DNA of 63,675 bases, counting the filler, from Reticulomyxa filosa (taxonomy: Eukaryota; Protista; Foraminifera), in assembly GCA_000512085.1 (NCBI GenBank). It is 20 parts of 20 records of this genome, joined end to end, with 100 filler letters (N's around TTAATTAATTAA, not from the genome) between each part and the next. Parts side by side here need not be neighbours in the genome. Positions count along the whole stretch, not along the records: positions 60,308 to 63,675 come from ASPP01008934.1; 19 more parts are not named here. One strand, 5' to 3'. Below the pieces are notes generated by a model that saw only the letters and a list, made by a program, of their open reading frames with translations, did not search any database and was not told the DNA's origin. Below are positions 62,800 through 63,675 of this stretch, piece by piece. The position numbers were made by a program, and so were the translations under genes. The number at the start of each line of letters is the position of its first letter. The first letter of the stretch is position 1.

Positions 62800-63675
62800 T
62801 TTTTAAGAATATTAGCATATGTTCAATTTTAGCACAAGTAGTGTGTTTCGTTTACTTTTGCTTTATGCCGTTAAATAACTAAAATTGAAAAGAAATCAAA
62901 AACCCACCTGCAAATTCCTTGAAAAATCTAGATCTTGTTCTTTTGTAATCTTTTTTTAGCTACATTTAGCTAGAAAAAATGTACTAATAATAAACTTTTG
63001 TGCTTTGATGAAAAAGAACATGATTAGTGTATTCTTGCACAATAAATTATTTAATTATATTATTAACAAAAAAAAAGAAATAATGATAAAATCAAATTTT
63101 ATTATATTATGTCACTTATGTTGGGTTATTTGAATATAATAAAGCTTATTGTATACGCACAAAATTAAAATTAATTATAAATTTATATACTATAGTTGAT
63201 TGATAATAGTATTCAGATTGATTTTGATCATTAATATAAAATATAATAAGTTATATTATTCTAACAACAAAACATGTATTGGCTAAATAAAAGAAACTCA
63301 CTTCATAATAAATTTAAAGTAAAAATATATTTCATGTAATATTTCAAAATAAAAATAATTGAATACAATGTATGAAGAACAATTTCAACACAGTATAAAA
63401 TTTTTAAGTATTTGCATTGTTATAATAAAAAGTATGTAAATATTTTTCTTTCTAAATAATTGGAAACAATTTTAATAAGATTTTATAAAAAAAAACAAAT
63501 TGATTTACTAATTTGAATAAAATATATCAATATTTCATATTTAAAATAAAAAAATCAAAATTTTCTATTAATATTCATCAAAGATATAACAATATTACGT
63601 AAAATAAGTTGAAATAATGTTATAAATGAAAAAAAATGGTTGACATCCAGCTGGAATTATTTTAAAAAAATATTT

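Noticed and set aside
1-63675. rRNA, tRNA or CRISPR features
   Set aside because: None were recognisable by eye. A covariance-model search (tRNAscan-SE, Infernal/Rfam) would be needed to exclude small RNAs.

Overview
This is not one locus. It is 20 short contigs of an AT-rich, intron-containing eukaryotic nuclear genome, joined by 19 artificial 100-nt spacers (N44-TTAATTAATTAA-N44). EFL, many divergent 7-TM genes and decayed CAP-Gly/WD40/TPR copies suggest a rhizarian, probably a Reticulomyxa-like foraminiferan (inference). Recognisable genes: glutathione reductase, CTP synthase, SGT1, GST, G-alpha, Arp10-like, a CPBP protease, a 3xKH protein, TLDc and PH proteins, a COG2403-type NTPase, a divergent Hsp70 and a divergent EFL. 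Tc1 and LINE remnants are also present. The most striking signal is that five otherwise intact genes on five contigs are interrupted by about 12-15 frame breaks that all go the same way (the DNA lacks one base, -1), while neighbouring genes are clean. One of these genes is a hidden NUDIX-Tpt1 fusion with intact catalytic motifs. The pattern fits gene-specific single-nucleotide insertional mRNA editing or widespread -1 frameshifting in a nuclear genome. Sequencing error and cryptic introns must be excluded with reads and cDNA. Many introns also have an inverted layout: 5' T-runs, 3' A-runs and internal hairpins.
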